From a virus: DNA of 64,000 bases. The notes under the pieces were generated by a model, which made no database searches, was not told the origin of the DNA, and saw only the letters and a program-made list of their open reading frames with translations. The stretch is from IMG/VR virus record IMGVR_UViG_3300045974_000513, positions 5,092-69,091 of that record; one strand, 5' to 3'. A program made the position numbers and the translations under genes. Shown here piece after piece: positions 43,428-54,226 of the stretch (its first letter is position 1; the number at the start of each line of letters is the position of its first letter).

Positions 43428-43730
43428 CTACGCGGACATCGTGACGTGCTGCCGATGGGCAGCGATTCGTCCGTTGACGATCGTGAAGTCTGCCTCGCCA
43501 ATCACCACGCGCTGCACGCCGGGGCAGGCCAGGATGGTCACCGGGATGGTGACTGCCTGCCGATCCTCATGCGCGGAAATGGCAATCTCCACGGGCGCTT
43601 TGGTGAATGCGTCGGGCCGCTGGTGCTGACTGGAATCGCGTTGCACCGTCCGTGGACGTCGGCCCATGCGCGGCATCCTAGCGCGCCCGTGGTGATTGGT
43701 CGAGGCGCGACCGTGGTGCGACACATACAC
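43428..43730 (-). CDS. Possible small hypothetical protein
   Basis: ORF fills the terL-portal gap; start uncertain. Confidence 0.3.
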   Translation of the reverse strand: MYVSHHGRASTNHHGRARMPRMGRRPRTVQRDSSQHQRPDAFTKAPVEIAISAHEDRQAVTIPVTILACPGVQRVVIGEADFTIVNGRIAAHRQHVTMSA

Positions 43731-43736
43731 ACCCGG

Positions 43737-45272
43737 TCAAGCCGGGAGGGCCGCCTTGCCCGCGCGGGCCGCCTTCACCCTCTCCGCCTCCTGGCGGTAG
43801 TGCTCCATCACGCCCATCCCGCCCTGGTTCTGGCGGGCGTAGGCCAGCGCCATCGTGAGGGTGTCGACCTGATCGTCGTGGGCGGCGTTCGGGAAGGACG
43901 AGCACTCCTCGACGAAGTCCATCACCCACGGCGCGCCCTCGGGCAGGTACACGAGGCCCGCCTCCAGCATCGGCGAGATGGCGTTGGCCCGGGAGACCTT
44001 GTCCTTATCCACGGGCACGGGCAGCACGGGCATCACCGTCTCGCGCTTCAACTCCTGCACCAGCGACTGCCCAGACGCCTTGTCCTCGATCAGCACGACG
44101 TGGGGCTTCCACTTCGCGTGCAGCGCGACGGCCATGCGCTTGAGGTCCGGGTACTCGACGCGTCCGGTCCACTCGTCGAGGATGAAGTACTTGTTGGCGG
44201 CGATCCCGAAGGTCATGCAGGCGCTGGGATCGTTCTGGGCCTTCTCCTTGAACGCCGTGTCCCAGATCTGCACCACGCTGGTGATCCCAAGCTCGCGCAC
44301 GAGGGTGGCGGGGTCGGTCGAGGTCGGGCGGTAGTACTTCCAGTAGGCGCGCTTCAGGATCGCGCCCTCCACCGCCGCAGGGCGCTGCTGGTAGAGGCTG
44401 GCCCACACGCGCGAGCCGACCGCCTGCCTGATGCCGCCTCGCCCGTCCTCGCCGATCAGCGCAGCCAGCGAGTAGCGTTCGGGGTGCAGCGCCTCGCCCT
44501 CCTTGCGATGCGCCTCGTCGGCCTCTGCGACGGCTGGGTAGCTGACCACGCGCCACGGGTCGCCCTCGCCGTGCTTCATCTGGTCGAGGAGGCGGCCAGC
44601 GAGGTCGTCCTCGTGCCAGCGCGTCTGGATGAGGAGGATGCCGCCGCCCGGCGCGACGCGTGTGTAGAGGGTCGAGGTGAACCAGTCCCAGACCTTCTGG
44701 CGGTACACGGGCGAGTCGGCCTGCTCGGCGTCCTTCACGGGGTCGTCGACCAAGCAGATGTGCCCGCCTCGCCCGGTGATGCCGCCGCCCACGCCAGCGG
44801 ACTTGTACACGCCGCGTCGACCCACCACTTCAAAGATGTCGCTGTTGCGGAGCCACGACCCCTGCGCCACCGTCCGCACGTTGTCGGCGAAGAGGCGCGT
44901 GCCCGGGAAGATCTGCGCGTACTCGGGCTGATCGATCACGCGCTGCACGTCGCGGTTGAGGGAGGACGAGAGGTCCGCGCCGTAGGACGTTGCGATGAAG
45001 GTCAGGTCCGGGTGCCTGCCCAGCGAGTAGGCGGGGAAGCGCCGCGAGACGATCTCCGACTTGCCCGACCGTGGAGGCGCGAACAGCATCAGGCGCGGCG
45101 ACCGCTGCGCCACCACGTCCGCGAGGAACCCGTCCAACTCCGCGCACACGCTCCGCTGAAACCAGCCCGACTGGTAGCCCGGGTACGTCTGGAGGATGAA
45201 CTCGTGCAGCCGCGACTGCGCCAACTCAAGGTTCAGTTGGTCAAGCAGCGCCGCAGCCTCGTGTGGGTTCAC
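43737..45272 (-). CDS. terL: Terminase large subunit
   Basis: Walker A APPRSGKS, GITGRGG..CLVDDPVKD, IQTRWHEDDL, nuclease motifs WDTAFK, IEDKASG and FPNAAHDDQVD. Confidence 0.96.
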   Translation of the reverse strand: MNPHEAAALLDQLNLELAQSRLHEFILQTYPGYQSGWFQRSVCAELDGFLADVVAQRSPRLMLFAPPRSGKSEIVSRRFPAYSLGRHPDLTFIATSYGADLSSSLNRDVQRVIDQPEYAQIFPGTRLFADNVRTVAQGSWLRNSDIFEVVGRRGVYKSAGVGGGITGRGGHICLVDDPVKDAEQADSPVYRQKVWDWFTSTLYTRVAPGGGILLIQTRWHEDDLAGRLLDQMKHGEGDPWRVVSYPAVAEADEAHRKEGEALHPERYSLAALIGEDGRGGIRQAVGSRVWASLYQQRPAAVEGAILKRAYWKYYRPTSTDPATLVRELGITSVVQIWDTAFKEKAQNDPSACMTFGIAANKYFILDEWTGRVEYPDLKRMAVALHAKWKPHVVLIEDKASGQSLVQELKRETVMPVLPVPVDKDKVSRANAISPMLEAGLVYLPEGAPWVMDFVEECSSFPNAAHDDQVDTLTMALAYARQNQGGMGVMEHYRQEAERVKAARAGKAALPA

Positions 45273-45853
45273 GGGGCCTCGCCAGCACCCACGGGCAACT
45301 CCAGCGCGTGCGTCCCGTTCCCGTTCGCCTTCCCGTTCGCCCCGCTGCTGCTGCCAGCGACAGGGAGCGCATCGACGTCCACCGTCGCTGGCGCAGTCGA
45401 TGCCCGCATCAGCAGATCCCGTAGCGCCAGCTTCTCCTCCACCGTGAGGTGCGTCGTGTCGAAGACCTGCACCTTCGACGGCCCATCCGCGTCGCGCACC
45501 ACGACCTCGTCCTTCACGAGCCCGTTGAGGCGCGCCTGCTGCTCCAGCGCCTTCAGCACCACGAGTGAATGCTTGGGGTCCGTGCGCTTCGGCCAGAGGG
45601 CGAGGATGATCCCCTCGTACCGCTGGTGGTGCATCTGGCGCAGCTTCTCCGCACCGTCCTTGATGCGCTGGCGGATCCCCTCGTCGAGCGCCTTCTGGAC
45701 GTGCTGGTGCACCGCCTGGGCAGAGATGCCAAGGGCGTGGCCTGCCTGGGCGTAGGTCGCGCCGCCCATGACGAGGTCGAGGGCCTGGGCGCGTCGCTGG
45801 GAGGACTGGGCGCGCCGGGCTGCCGTCGTTTGCGGGAGGCTGGACATGATCAA
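45269..45853 (-). CDS. terS: Terminase small subunit (HTH)
   Basis: RRAQALDL..GGATYAQAG..LGIS HTH and EQQARLNGL; directly upstream of terL. Confidence 0.8.
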   Translation of the reverse strand: MIMSSLPQTTAARRAQSSQRRAQALDLVMGGATYAQAGHALGISAQAVHQHVQKALDEGIRQRIKDGAEKLRQMHHQRYEGIILALWPKRTDPKHSLVVLKALEQQARLNGLVKDEVVVRDADGPSKVQVFDTTHLTVEEKLALRDLLMRASTAPATVDVDALPVAGSSSGANGKANGNGTHALELPVGAGEAP

Positions 45854-45877
45854 TGGGTGATCAAGCGACTCGCTGCG

Positions 45878-45892
45878 TCAAAGTCCGTGCCA
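45878..45892 (-). promoter_or_regulatory. Possible sigma54-like promoter upstream of terS
   Basis: TGGCAC-GGACT-TTGA versus consensus TGGCAC-N5-TTGC (mismatch at the -12 C). Confidence 0.3.
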
Positions 45893-45916
45893 TGACTGGC
45901 GCGCGCATGGCTTGAC

Positions 45917-48900
45917 TCAGGGTGCAGCGGGGGAGGTGATCCGGCGAAGCTCGGCGCGCGCGATGTCGCGCTCGTGGCGGGCGGCTTCAAGGCGGTCGAG
46001 GGAGTCCTGCACGACTCGCTTGGCCTCGTCGACCTCGCGGGCAAGGGAGTGCGCGGAGGCTGCGGCAGCACGCAGCGCCTCCAGTTCGGAGAGGGCGATC
46101 TCGACCTTCAGCACCCTGACGGCTTCCTCGGTCACGGGGTGAAGTGTAACCGATGGAGATTCCTGCGTCACCTGGGGGAGGGTGAGGGCAGGGCAGCCGG
46201 ACGCGTGCATCAGGCCTCCACGGTACGGGGTCCAGGGGCAGGTACACACACCGACGATCGCGGATGGAGGCGCGAAGCGCCACGGTGCGTTGGGGCAGTC
46301 GCACCCGGGGATCGAGCAGCGCAGGGTCATGGGCCGCACTCGGCGCAGGCCTCAACTGGGCCAGCGTGGGTGACGCCAAGGGCTGCGCCTCGGGCGAGGT
46401 GGCCCGCCTCGACCAGCGGGACCGCGTCGCCCCCGCGCCAGCGGACGGTCACCGTCCACTCGTCGTTGGACTGCTCGATGAAGCCCCCCAGCGGGCGGAA
46501 GGACGCCATCTCGCGCATGAAGCGGACGACGGCGCGGACGTGGCCCGGGGCCAGCCGCCCGGTGAGGACGTCGACCATGTCGGGGTCGGCGAGGTCGTCG
46601 CTGGCCCACTCGGCGAGGACGCGGAACCTCGTGGAGACGGCGACGTGGCTGCCTGGGTGCTTCACCTCGCGCCCGCAGTAGAGGCCCGTGGTCGGATCCT
46701 GCATCGGGCACGTGCCCCAGCGGTCGGCCGGGATGACGGCGGCCTCGGGGCGAGTGACGCCCGTGCCTCTCGGGCGCTTGAACGTCCCCGGCGGTTTCGG
46801 CTTCGCGTGATGGGTCATGGCCGTCCCAGGTAGAGGATCACGGCGGACCCCAGGAGCAGGGGGATGGCGACGGCAGCGAACACCTTGCCCTCCCGCGCGT
46901 CGTCCATAGCGGCCATCGTGGCCACGAAGGCGGCGAAGATCACCCAGCCGAAGATGAAGAGGAAGCGGAAGATCTCGAACACGTTCACGGTGAAGGTCAC
47001 GCCGCCTCCCCTTTGCTGGCAGCCAACTGCGCGCGCAGCTTCCACTCCTCCGCGCGCTGGCGCTCGGACTTCAACGCCCGCTCCAGGCGCTCGACCTCGG
47101 CCTCCAGCGCGCCGATTCGCAGCCGGGCGCGGCGCAGGAGTTCGGTCTCGGTCACGGCGTCACCATCCGCGCGATGGACAGCACGATGCCGACCGCCATC
47201 GCCCCCAGCACGACGCCGACCGAGGCCAGGGTCACGTTCCAGGGACAGAGGTGCTTCTCGGGCGCATTCCCATTCCCCAGGGGCTTGAAGCACCCGTCGC
47301 AGCGCCACTCGTTCCGCAGGCGGGGGATGGACGTAGGTGGGGGGCGCGGGAGCGGCGGCGACGGGTGGGGCGTCGTCGCGTGGTACCCGGGCGGCATGGG
47401 GATCACGGCTTCTCCTTCAGCGCACGGATGGCGTCCGCGATCCGGCCGGTGCGGAACATCGGGTCGCCGCCCTCGGGATCCTCCTCGACCACCCGGACCG
47501 CCTCGTCCAGCGCCTCGGCGCGCGCACGCGAGCGGCCCTCGCGCAGCCGGATGTTCTCGGCCTCACGGTTCACCTGCGCCTGGAGAAACCCGTTGAAGCA
47601 GGGGCCGCAGATTCCGCCGTTGGGTGCCTCTGTGTGCGGACAATGCGCGCTCACGGCCCACCCACGATCCGCCAGGGGAGGCGCGGGGCCACCGCGTCGA
47701 ACGCCGCCAGCGCCAGCTTCAGCTTGATCAGGTCGGGCAGCAGCAGGGGGATCGGCGAGCCCGCGTGCAGCCTGTCGGGGGAGAGGTCGAACGCCCGCGA
47801 CGCCTCCACCACCGCGTACATCGCTGCGCGCTGGGTGTGATCGAAGCGGTCGTACTCGATGCGCTTTGCCCGGTCATCGACCGAATCCATCCGCATGACC
47901 TTCTTCTCCTTTTTCACGGCTTCACCCCCAGTTGGTCGAGGACGAAGCGGCGCTCGGCCTTGGTGAGGGGGGCCAGCGCGGGCCACCACGTCTGCCCCTG
48001 CTGCGCCGCGTCAACGGCTGCGGTCATCAGCGCCCTGCGCGAGTCCAGCGCCGCGCGCTGCTTCGTCTGGGCGTCCCGCACCTCAGATGGCAAGCGGTCG
48101 TCGTTGTTCATGGAAGCCCTCAGAACCTGTCGCCCGACAGCGCCTTCTCCAGCCGCTGCATCGCCACCTCGGTGAACCCCTCGACGAACTCCTTCGTCAG
48201 CCTCTTCGCCAGCGCATCGGCGATGGCCGTCTCGACCACCTCCGCGTACCGATCGCGCACCAGCCGGGAGGCGACCTGGGCCACCCACGCCCGGATCTCC
48301 CTGTCGATGGGGCTGTCGTAGGACGACGACGACACGACTTGGTTCACCGCCTTCTGCACCGCAGCGCCGAAGGCGGACTTCAGCAGCGCGTCCACCGCCA
48401 ACTGCTCGATCTGCGCCGCATCTATGTGAATTTCCACGGCCTACTCCTCGCTGGTGGATGCTGCGTTCACTTCCCGTTCACCGCGTTGCCCAGGTCGCAG
48501 AAGGACGCGTGCCCTTCGCGGTTGGTGTGGTAGCCCGCGTGCCACGTCGGGCTGTCCTTCGCGCCGGGGTCGTACCCCCCGCACTCCGGGCAACACCGGA
48601 CGCCGCTGATGCCGGTCGCCCCCCACTCGACGGCCTTGAGGAGGGCGAGCAGGCGCTTCACCTCGGCAGCGACCGCCGCCGCCGTCAGGAGGGCCTCGTG
48701 CAGCGGGTCGATGGGCGGGACCGTGAGGGCGACCGTGTTCGGCGACTCGCTCGGCATCGCGACGACGCATGGGCCCAGGTGATCGGCGCAGAGCACGCAC
48801 GCGCGCGCCAGCTTGCATTGATTCCAGAACCCGGTGCCCGTCACGGCACACTCCCGGGGTAGTGGCTGTCGGCGATGCATGCGATGGCCCCGCCGCCACC

Positions 48901-50026
48901 AGCGTCGCCGCGCGTGGGCTGAATGAACCAGCACACCACCCCGGCCTCGCGATCGTGGAGCCTCCACACCCTGTCGGTGATCTGCGTGACGGTAGCCGTC
49001 ACCGCGCCAGAGGCCCCCGGGGTGGGCGACGGGTCGCAGGCCGCCAGCGCGAGGACGCCGATCAGCAGCGCGCGCATCATGGGCTCGCCTTCGCCTGCCA
49101 TTGGCCGCAGCACCCGTTCCCCCGCATGAAGTCGCAATGGATTGAGCAGAAGCCCCACCCATGCGCGGCGGGCTGCTCGCACGGCCGGTAGGCGTCGCAC
49201 ATCACGCACGGGCTGAACTCCAAGTTGAACGGCCCGGTCCGCTTCACCGGGGTGGTGGGCGGGACGATCGACGGCCCCATCGTCATCTGGGACGGGTCGA
49301 CTTCGGGTGGATCGAACGGCAACGCCATGATTCGCCTCGCGGTTTGGGTTGGCCTACGGGTCAGCGATCTCCACGGTGATCACCACGGCGGGTCGGTCCG
49401 CGACGTGCTTCTCGACCAGCGCGCGGGCCAGCGCCAGCCCCTCGTCCAGCGACACCGGGACGTGGAAGTGAGTCCAGTCGTCCGACGAGGGGTTCCAGGC
49501 GACCACCTCGGCCAGCGGCTTCGACCCCACCCCGCCGAACCTCACGCCCAGCAGCGCCGCCCCAGCCAGCGTCGTCTTCATCGCCACTCCCCGTCGACGT
49601 GCATGAGCCCCTCCATGAGGACCGCTGCCATCGACTTCACCGTCATCCCAGGCGCGAGGTCGCCCACATCCGCCGTCCCGTGCTCGTACTCCTTCAGCAT
49701 CCGCGCCAGCGACTCCCCGATCTCCTTCACCCCGGGCGAGCGCAGGACCGACAGGTCGCGCCGGAAGTCCCGCGTCACCGGGTACGGATCCTTCGACTTC
49801 GCGATGAGGAACGGGCCGCGCGCCTTCACGGTGCCCCCACGATGCGGATCCGCACCACCTTGTCGCCGCCCGGCAGCGAGTGCCACATCGCCAACTCCGC
49901 GCGCAGGCAGTCGATCTCGTCCACCGCCAGCATCAGCAAGGTGTACCCGGCATGCATGTTCCCCTTCCGACGCATCGCGTCAGCGAACTGAACGAGCGCC
50001 TCACGGTGGGGGGAGGCGTCAGGCAT
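45917..50026 (-). other. Cluster of ~15 small translationally coupled hypothetical phage genes
   Basis: Chained ATGA/GTGA overlaps (e.g. 46327-46818, 47152-47406, 47403-47654, 48120-48437, 49077-49328, 49354-49587, 49826-50026); several CxxC or membrane peptides; no functions recognised. Confidence 0.7.
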
Positions 50027-51263
50027 CCCTCGGCTCCAGCACCGCCTGCTTGCCCGTGGCCTCTTCCCACCTACGAACGATCACGTCGCAGTACCCGGGG
50101 GCCAACTCGATGAGGCGGCCCCGGCGCTGCGTCGTCTCGCAGGCGATGAGGGTGCTGCCGCTGCCCCCGAAGCAGTCGACGACGATGTCCTTCGGGATGG
50201 TGCTGTTCTTGATGGCGCGCTCGATGAGGGCGACCGGCTTCGTTGTCGGGTGGTCAGGGGACGCCTTGGGCCTCGGGCACTCCCACACGTTGTCCTGCGC
50301 GCGGTCCTCGACGCGGCGGTGCCCGGCCCCCAGCTTCCAGCCGTAGAAGATCACCTCGGTCCGGTAGTGGTAGTCCGAACGGGAGAGGACGAGGGAATCC
50401 TTCAGCCAGATCAACGTCTGCCGCCACACGCCCAGTTCATTGAGGGTGGTGGCGAAGGGCAGGAGCAGGGGGCCGCCCGGCGCTGCGATGTACCAAACCC
50501 CGCCGTCGATCGTGTGCCCGATGGCGAGCGCGAACACGTCGCGCAGAAACACCTCAAGCTGGGCGGGGGAGAGGTCGTCGTTGGCGATGCCCTTGCCGAC
50601 CTGGGAGTTTTTCCGGCCGTCCAGGCGCGCCATCGACTCGTTCTTCTCCTCCATGTTCACGCCGTAGGGAGGATCCGTCCACACGCAGGCCGCGCGTTCC
50701 GTGTCGCCCAGCAGCGCCTTCCACGCCAGGGGGTCCAGGGAGTCCCCACAGACCAACCGATGATCCCCAAGGACGTACACATCCCCCTTCTTCGTCTTCG
50801 GCTCGGCGGGCGTCTCGGGGATCGCGTCCGGGTCCGTCTTCAGCCCCTCGGGCACGATCTCGATGCCGCCCAGCATCTCCGCCAGCATCTTCTTGAGGCG
50901 CTCGTCGGTCGCGTGGACGTCCCCCAGCAGCGCCGTCAGCGCCACGTCGTCGCGGATCGCCATCTCGGTGATCGGGTCGCCGATCGCCAGCGCCAGCCGT
51001 TCCTCCTCCTCGGACAGGTCGAGGTAGGTCACCGGCACCGTGGCGAGGTTCTGCCGCATCGCCTCCTCGACGCGCGCGTGCCCGTCGATCACGTGCCCGG
51101 TGCGCTTGTTGACCAGCACGGTCTTGAACCAGCCGATCTCCGCCAGCGACCCACGCAGCGCCTCCAACTGCGGGCCTGGGTGGCGGCGGAAGTTGAGCGG
51201 GTGCGCGAGTAGCTGATCGGGGGCGACGTCCTCGTGCCCGACGATGCGGTTCTGGATGGTCAT
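50019..51263 (-). CDS. ParB-like N-terminus + DNA amino-methyltransferase (N6A/N4C, beta-type motif order)
   Basis: HPLNFRRH...VIDGHARV; HRLVCGDS, TDPPYGV, HPTTKPV, DCFGGSGST. Start at ATG 51263. Confidence 0.92.
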   Translation of the reverse strand: MTIQNRIVGHEDVAPDQLLAHPLNFRRHPGPQLEALRGSLAEIGWFKTVLVNKRTGHVIDGHARVEEAMRQNLATVPVTYLDLSEEEERLALAIGDPITEMAIRDDVALTALLGDVHATDERLKKMLAEMLGGIEIVPEGLKTDPDAIPETPAEPKTKKGDVYVLGDHRLVCGDSLDPLAWKALLGDTERAACVWTDPPYGVNMEEKNESMARLDGRKNSQVGKGIANDDLSPAQLEVFLRDVFALAIGHTIDGGVWYIAAPGGPLLLPFATTLNELGVWRQTLIWLKDSLVLSRSDYHYRTEVIFYGWKLGAGHRRVEDRAQDNVWECPRPKASPDHPTTKPVALIERAIKNSTIPKDIVVDCFGGSGSTLIACETTQRRGRLIELAPGYCDVIVRRWEEATGKQAVLEPRDA

Positions 51264-51670
51264 GTGGCTCCGGGGCAGGGGCACTCGAAGTAGTGCATCT
51301 CGTGCTTCAAGCACCAGGGCTCGTCGCACTCGATGCAGGGGATCAGCAGCGGAAGGGTGGGGTTCTTGTGTACCCAGGCATGGCAGGCGACGCAGAGCGC
51401 GGCGACGTTGCCCGGCGACTGCTCCTGCCTGCGCCGCCCGCTGCCGCCCCTGGCGTGGTGCATGTGGCTGGGCGCGTTCGTCTTGCACTTCTCGCACTTG
51501 CCCTTGGCCCGCGCGAACACCACCTCGCGCAGCGCCCGCGTCGCATCGGCGTGGGCCGCGCGCTTGGCCTTCTTCTCGACCTTCCGCTTCACCGGCTTCG
51601 GGAACGCGGGGGCCTGCCCAGGGGGATCGGCCGGGCGCTTCTTGATCGTGTAGGCCTCGCGCGACCTCAC
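51260..51670 (-). CDS. HNH endonuclease
   Basis: CEKC...HMHH...NVAALCVACHAWVH. Confidence 0.8.
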   Translation of the reverse strand: MRSREAYTIKKRPADPPGQAPAFPKPVKRKVEKKAKRAAHADATRALREVVFARAKGKCEKCKTNAPSHMHHARGGSGRRRQEQSPGNVAALCVACHAWVHKNPTLPLLIPCIECDEPWCLKHEMHYFECPCPGAT

Positions 51671-52158
51671 GGCTTGTCCCCCTCCAGCTTGAGCCCGCAC
51701 GCGCGGTGCTCGTGCCAGAACGCCGCGTAGGCGTCGTGCAGGATCGCCTCGGGCGGCCCCTTCGCCGCGACGAGGTCGAGCATCGAGACGTCCTTCACCG
51801 CCTTGCAGCCAGAGCACATGAAGTGCGTCACGTCGGACCGATGCGCCGGGACGATGATCACGGCCGCACCGACGCGAAGTCGACCGAGACGGTCGTCAGG
51901 ACGCCCAGCGGCACGCCGTTGATGGAGAGGCGGCCCGGCCCGAACACCACCGTCCGCCCGCCGACGTGCGTCGCCCGCTTGCGCGGGGGATGCCAGCGCC
52001 GCACTCGACGGCGCGCCTTCATCGCCTTGGTGACGCGGCTCATCGCAGCGCCTTCATCACCAGCACGGCGCAGCCAGCGCCCGCCAGGAAGCCGAGGAAC
52101 ACCAGCGCCCAGATGCCCAGCCGGATCGCATCCAGCACCGACGGAGGGTGGTCGCGGT

Positions 52159-52605
52159 TCACGACGCCCCTCCAGCGGCGGGCAGGAGGCGACCAACGCG
52201 CACCGCCTCGGTCATCTTCGGGATCACGATCTGCCCGACGGTGCGCCCGTCCTCGGTCACGATGCTGGCGAGGAATTCCGCCTCCAGGGTGCTGATCCCA
52301 GACGCGACCGCTTCCAGCTTCGCCTTGATGACGAGCAGCGCCGCGCGCCAACGCTGCCGCACCTCGCGCGCGTCCTCGGGCATCGGGATGTCCAGCCGGA
52401 TCCGCCTCTCCTTGAACTGGAAGGCGATGGCGGCGAACTCCTGCTCGCGCGTCTTGGGCCCGTGCATCCTGGGCGGGTCCACCGGCACCGGCCGCCGCTC
52501 CCATGTGTACCCGAACCCGTTGGCCCCGTACTTCACCAGCACGCGCTCGATCTCGGCGCGAGAGCGATCGACGGGGACGCTGGTGTTTTCGGCGTAGCGC
52601 CTCAT
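52159..52605 (-). CDS. Conserved phage hypothetical protein
   Basis: MRRYAENTSVPVDRSRAEIE..L.KYGA...RQRWRA.LLVIKAKLEAV..GI...E.EFL, a pattern I recognise from phage hypotheticals. Confidence 0.7.
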   Translation of the reverse strand: MRRYAENTSVPVDRSRAEIERVLVKYGANGFGYTWERRPVPVDPPRMHGPKTREQEFAAIAFQFKERRIRLDIPMPEDAREVRQRWRAALLVIKAKLEAVASGISTLEAEFLASIVTEDGRTVGQIVIPKMTEAVRVGRLLPAAGGAS

Positions 52606-52820
52606 GGCTTCGGGGCCTCCAGCGCGATGCTGGCGTTGGCGGTCATCACGCACTCGCGGAGCTTGCGGATCGCGGCGGTCTTGTCCGCGCTGTCCGGGCA
52701 GTTGTCGTTGATGACGTGCGCGAGGGACTTCGCCGTCTCGCGGATCACCCCGTAGCGTTCGGGCTGGTCGCCCGTCGGCGCGTGGTAGGTGAAGATGGCC
52801 TCGATCTCCTGGGTGGTCAT
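52602..52820 (-). CDS. Acb2/Tad1-like helical hairpin protein (putative signalling-nucleotide sponge)
   Basis: FTYHAP..DQ..RY..IR..AK.LA..I...CPDSADKTAAIRKLRECVMTANASIA. Confidence 0.65.
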   Translation of the reverse strand: MTTQEIEAIFTYHAPTGDQPERYGVIRETAKSLAHVINDNCPDSADKTAAIRKLRECVMTANASIALEAPKP

Positions 52821-53252
52821 GCGTAGCCTCCGAACAGACATCCCGCAGCGAGATGCTCGCGGGCCCGGCGCTGCTTGCGAACCCGGCGCTGCTCGACGGT
52901 CTCCTGCGCCCGGGGCTCATCAGGCTTGCGAACGCGGGGCCGGTGACGCGAGCACAGCTTCTGCGTGAGCACGGCGGCGCGGCATCCGGGGTGGGCGCAG
53001 ATCTTCCTCACGCGATCCTCCTCGACTTCAGCACGGCGGCGAGACGGCAGTTGTCCGCGTGGCCGCCGCCCCTCCTGGGGCCGCCGCAGCACGGGCACTC
53101 CATGTGCGTCGGCGTCGCGGCCCACTCCACCGCGCAGATCACCGCGAGCATCTGGTCTTGCACGTGGTAGGCCTCGCGCAATTCCTCCAGCCACTTCGCC
53201 TCGCGCTTCTCCTGGCAGGACAGGCACCGGCACTTGGGGATGTGCTGCGCGC

Positions 53253-53603
53253 TCACGACACGACCCCGTCCCGGTGGCGCGCCAACGCCTCGATGTCGGT
53301 GAACACCGGGATCCCGCTGCGGTGGGCCTGCGCGACCTCGCGGTCCGCCCCGGCCGACGCCCCGGGCAGACGCAGCACCGCGTGCGCCGACAGCAGCCAC
53401 GCGAGGTCGAGGCCCATCCAGTCCTCGTAGTGCCGGGGCCGCTGCGCCTCGGAGAAGTGGGACAGATGCGGCACGAACGGCGCGAACCCGGCGTCCATCA
53501 GCGCGTGCCCTGCGGCGATGGCGCGCTGGACGTTCGCCTCCTCGTCTCCGGTGTACGGGCCAGCGACGTACACTCGCATCGACTCCATGCCGACCTTACT
53601 CAC
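53253..53603 (-). CDS. Nucleoside 2-deoxyribosyltransferase-like protein (DUF4406/DUF1937 type)
   Basis: VYVAGPYT...PFVPH...WMGLDLAWL...LRLPGASAGADRE...GIPVF. Confidence 0.8.
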   Translation of the reverse strand: MSKVGMESMRVYVAGPYTGDEEANVQRAIAAGHALMDAGFAPFVPHLSHFSEAQRPRHYEDWMGLDLAWLLSAHAVLRLPGASAGADREVAQAHRSGIPVFTDIEALARHRDGVVS

Positions 53604-53850
53604 GGGTGCCCTCCTCGATGGTTGCCTGCGCCGCTTGGTACACGGTGGGGCCGCGCCGCTCCAGCGCCTCGGCCGCCCGCTTGCTGATCCGCAGGCCCGG
53701 GAGGCGCACCGACCCGATGCGGCGTGAAGCGATCGGCTTCACCTCGGCGTTGCGGATCATCTGCTTGTAGTGGGTGTCGCAGTATCCGCGCGCCACGTGG
53801 GGCCGGTCGCACCCGGGGACTTCACAGGTTCTGGTCGGCCTTCGACTCAC
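53596..53850 (-). CDS. Small Zn-finger (C-x4-C...C-x2-H) DNA-binding protein
   Basis: TCEVPGCDRPHVARGYCDTHY plus a short basic C-terminal part; GTG 53850. Confidence 0.6.
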   Translation of the reverse strand: MSRRPTRTCEVPGCDRPHVARGYCDTHYKQMIRNAEVKPIASRRIGSVRLPGLRISKRAAEALERRGPTVYQAAQATIEEGTRE

Positions 53851-53858
53851 GGTTGACC

Positions 53859-53888
53859 CTTCTACACTCCCGCCGCGCGCGGTGTCAA
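53859..53888 (-). promoter_or_regulatory. Possible sigma70-type promoter
   Basis: Perfect TTGACA at 53888-53883, 18-nt spacer, TAGAAG; just downstream of the terminator and 8 nt before GTG 53850. Confidence 0.4.
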
Positions 53889-53953
53889 GGGTTGCGGCGT
53901 CCGCTCGGCGTGGTAGGCTTTCCACTCCGCGTTCGTCGCGCCCCGCCGAACGC

Positions 53954-53994
53954 AAAAAGCCCCTGGTCGATCCGTGAGGACCGGCCAGGGGCTT
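53954..53994 (-). terminator. Intrinsic terminator
   Basis: Minus strand AAGCCCCTGGCCGGTCC-TCAC-GGATCGACCAGGGGC followed by TTTTT. Confidence 0.8.
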
Positions 53995-54014
53995 CTCCCT
54001 GCGGGGCGGCGGGG

Positions 54015-54179
54015 CTAGGCTTGCTTGGGTGCTTCGACGACGACGGCGTGCGCCTGGAGGTGCTGATGATGCGCGACGAGCCAGCGGGCGATGTCCTTTG
54101 CCGCGTTCACGTTCACGGCGTCTACCTTCACGACGACGGACTTGTTCTTCTCGGCGGCGACGATGACGGAGTAGGTCAT
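54015..54179 (-). CDS. Small hypothetical protein (54 aa) ahead of the terminator
   Basis: Manual translation MTYSVIVAAEKNKSVVVKVDAVNVNAAKDIARWLVAHHQHLQAHAVVVEAPKQA; not in the ORF track (<60 aa). Confidence 0.55.
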   Translation of the reverse strand: MTYSVIVAAEKNKSVVVKVDAVNVNAAKDIARWLVAHHQHLQAHAVVVEAPKQA

Positions 54180-54226
54180 ATCCCACCCTTACTCACCGTT
54201 CGGAGCGCCGCAATACGGGGGAACCC

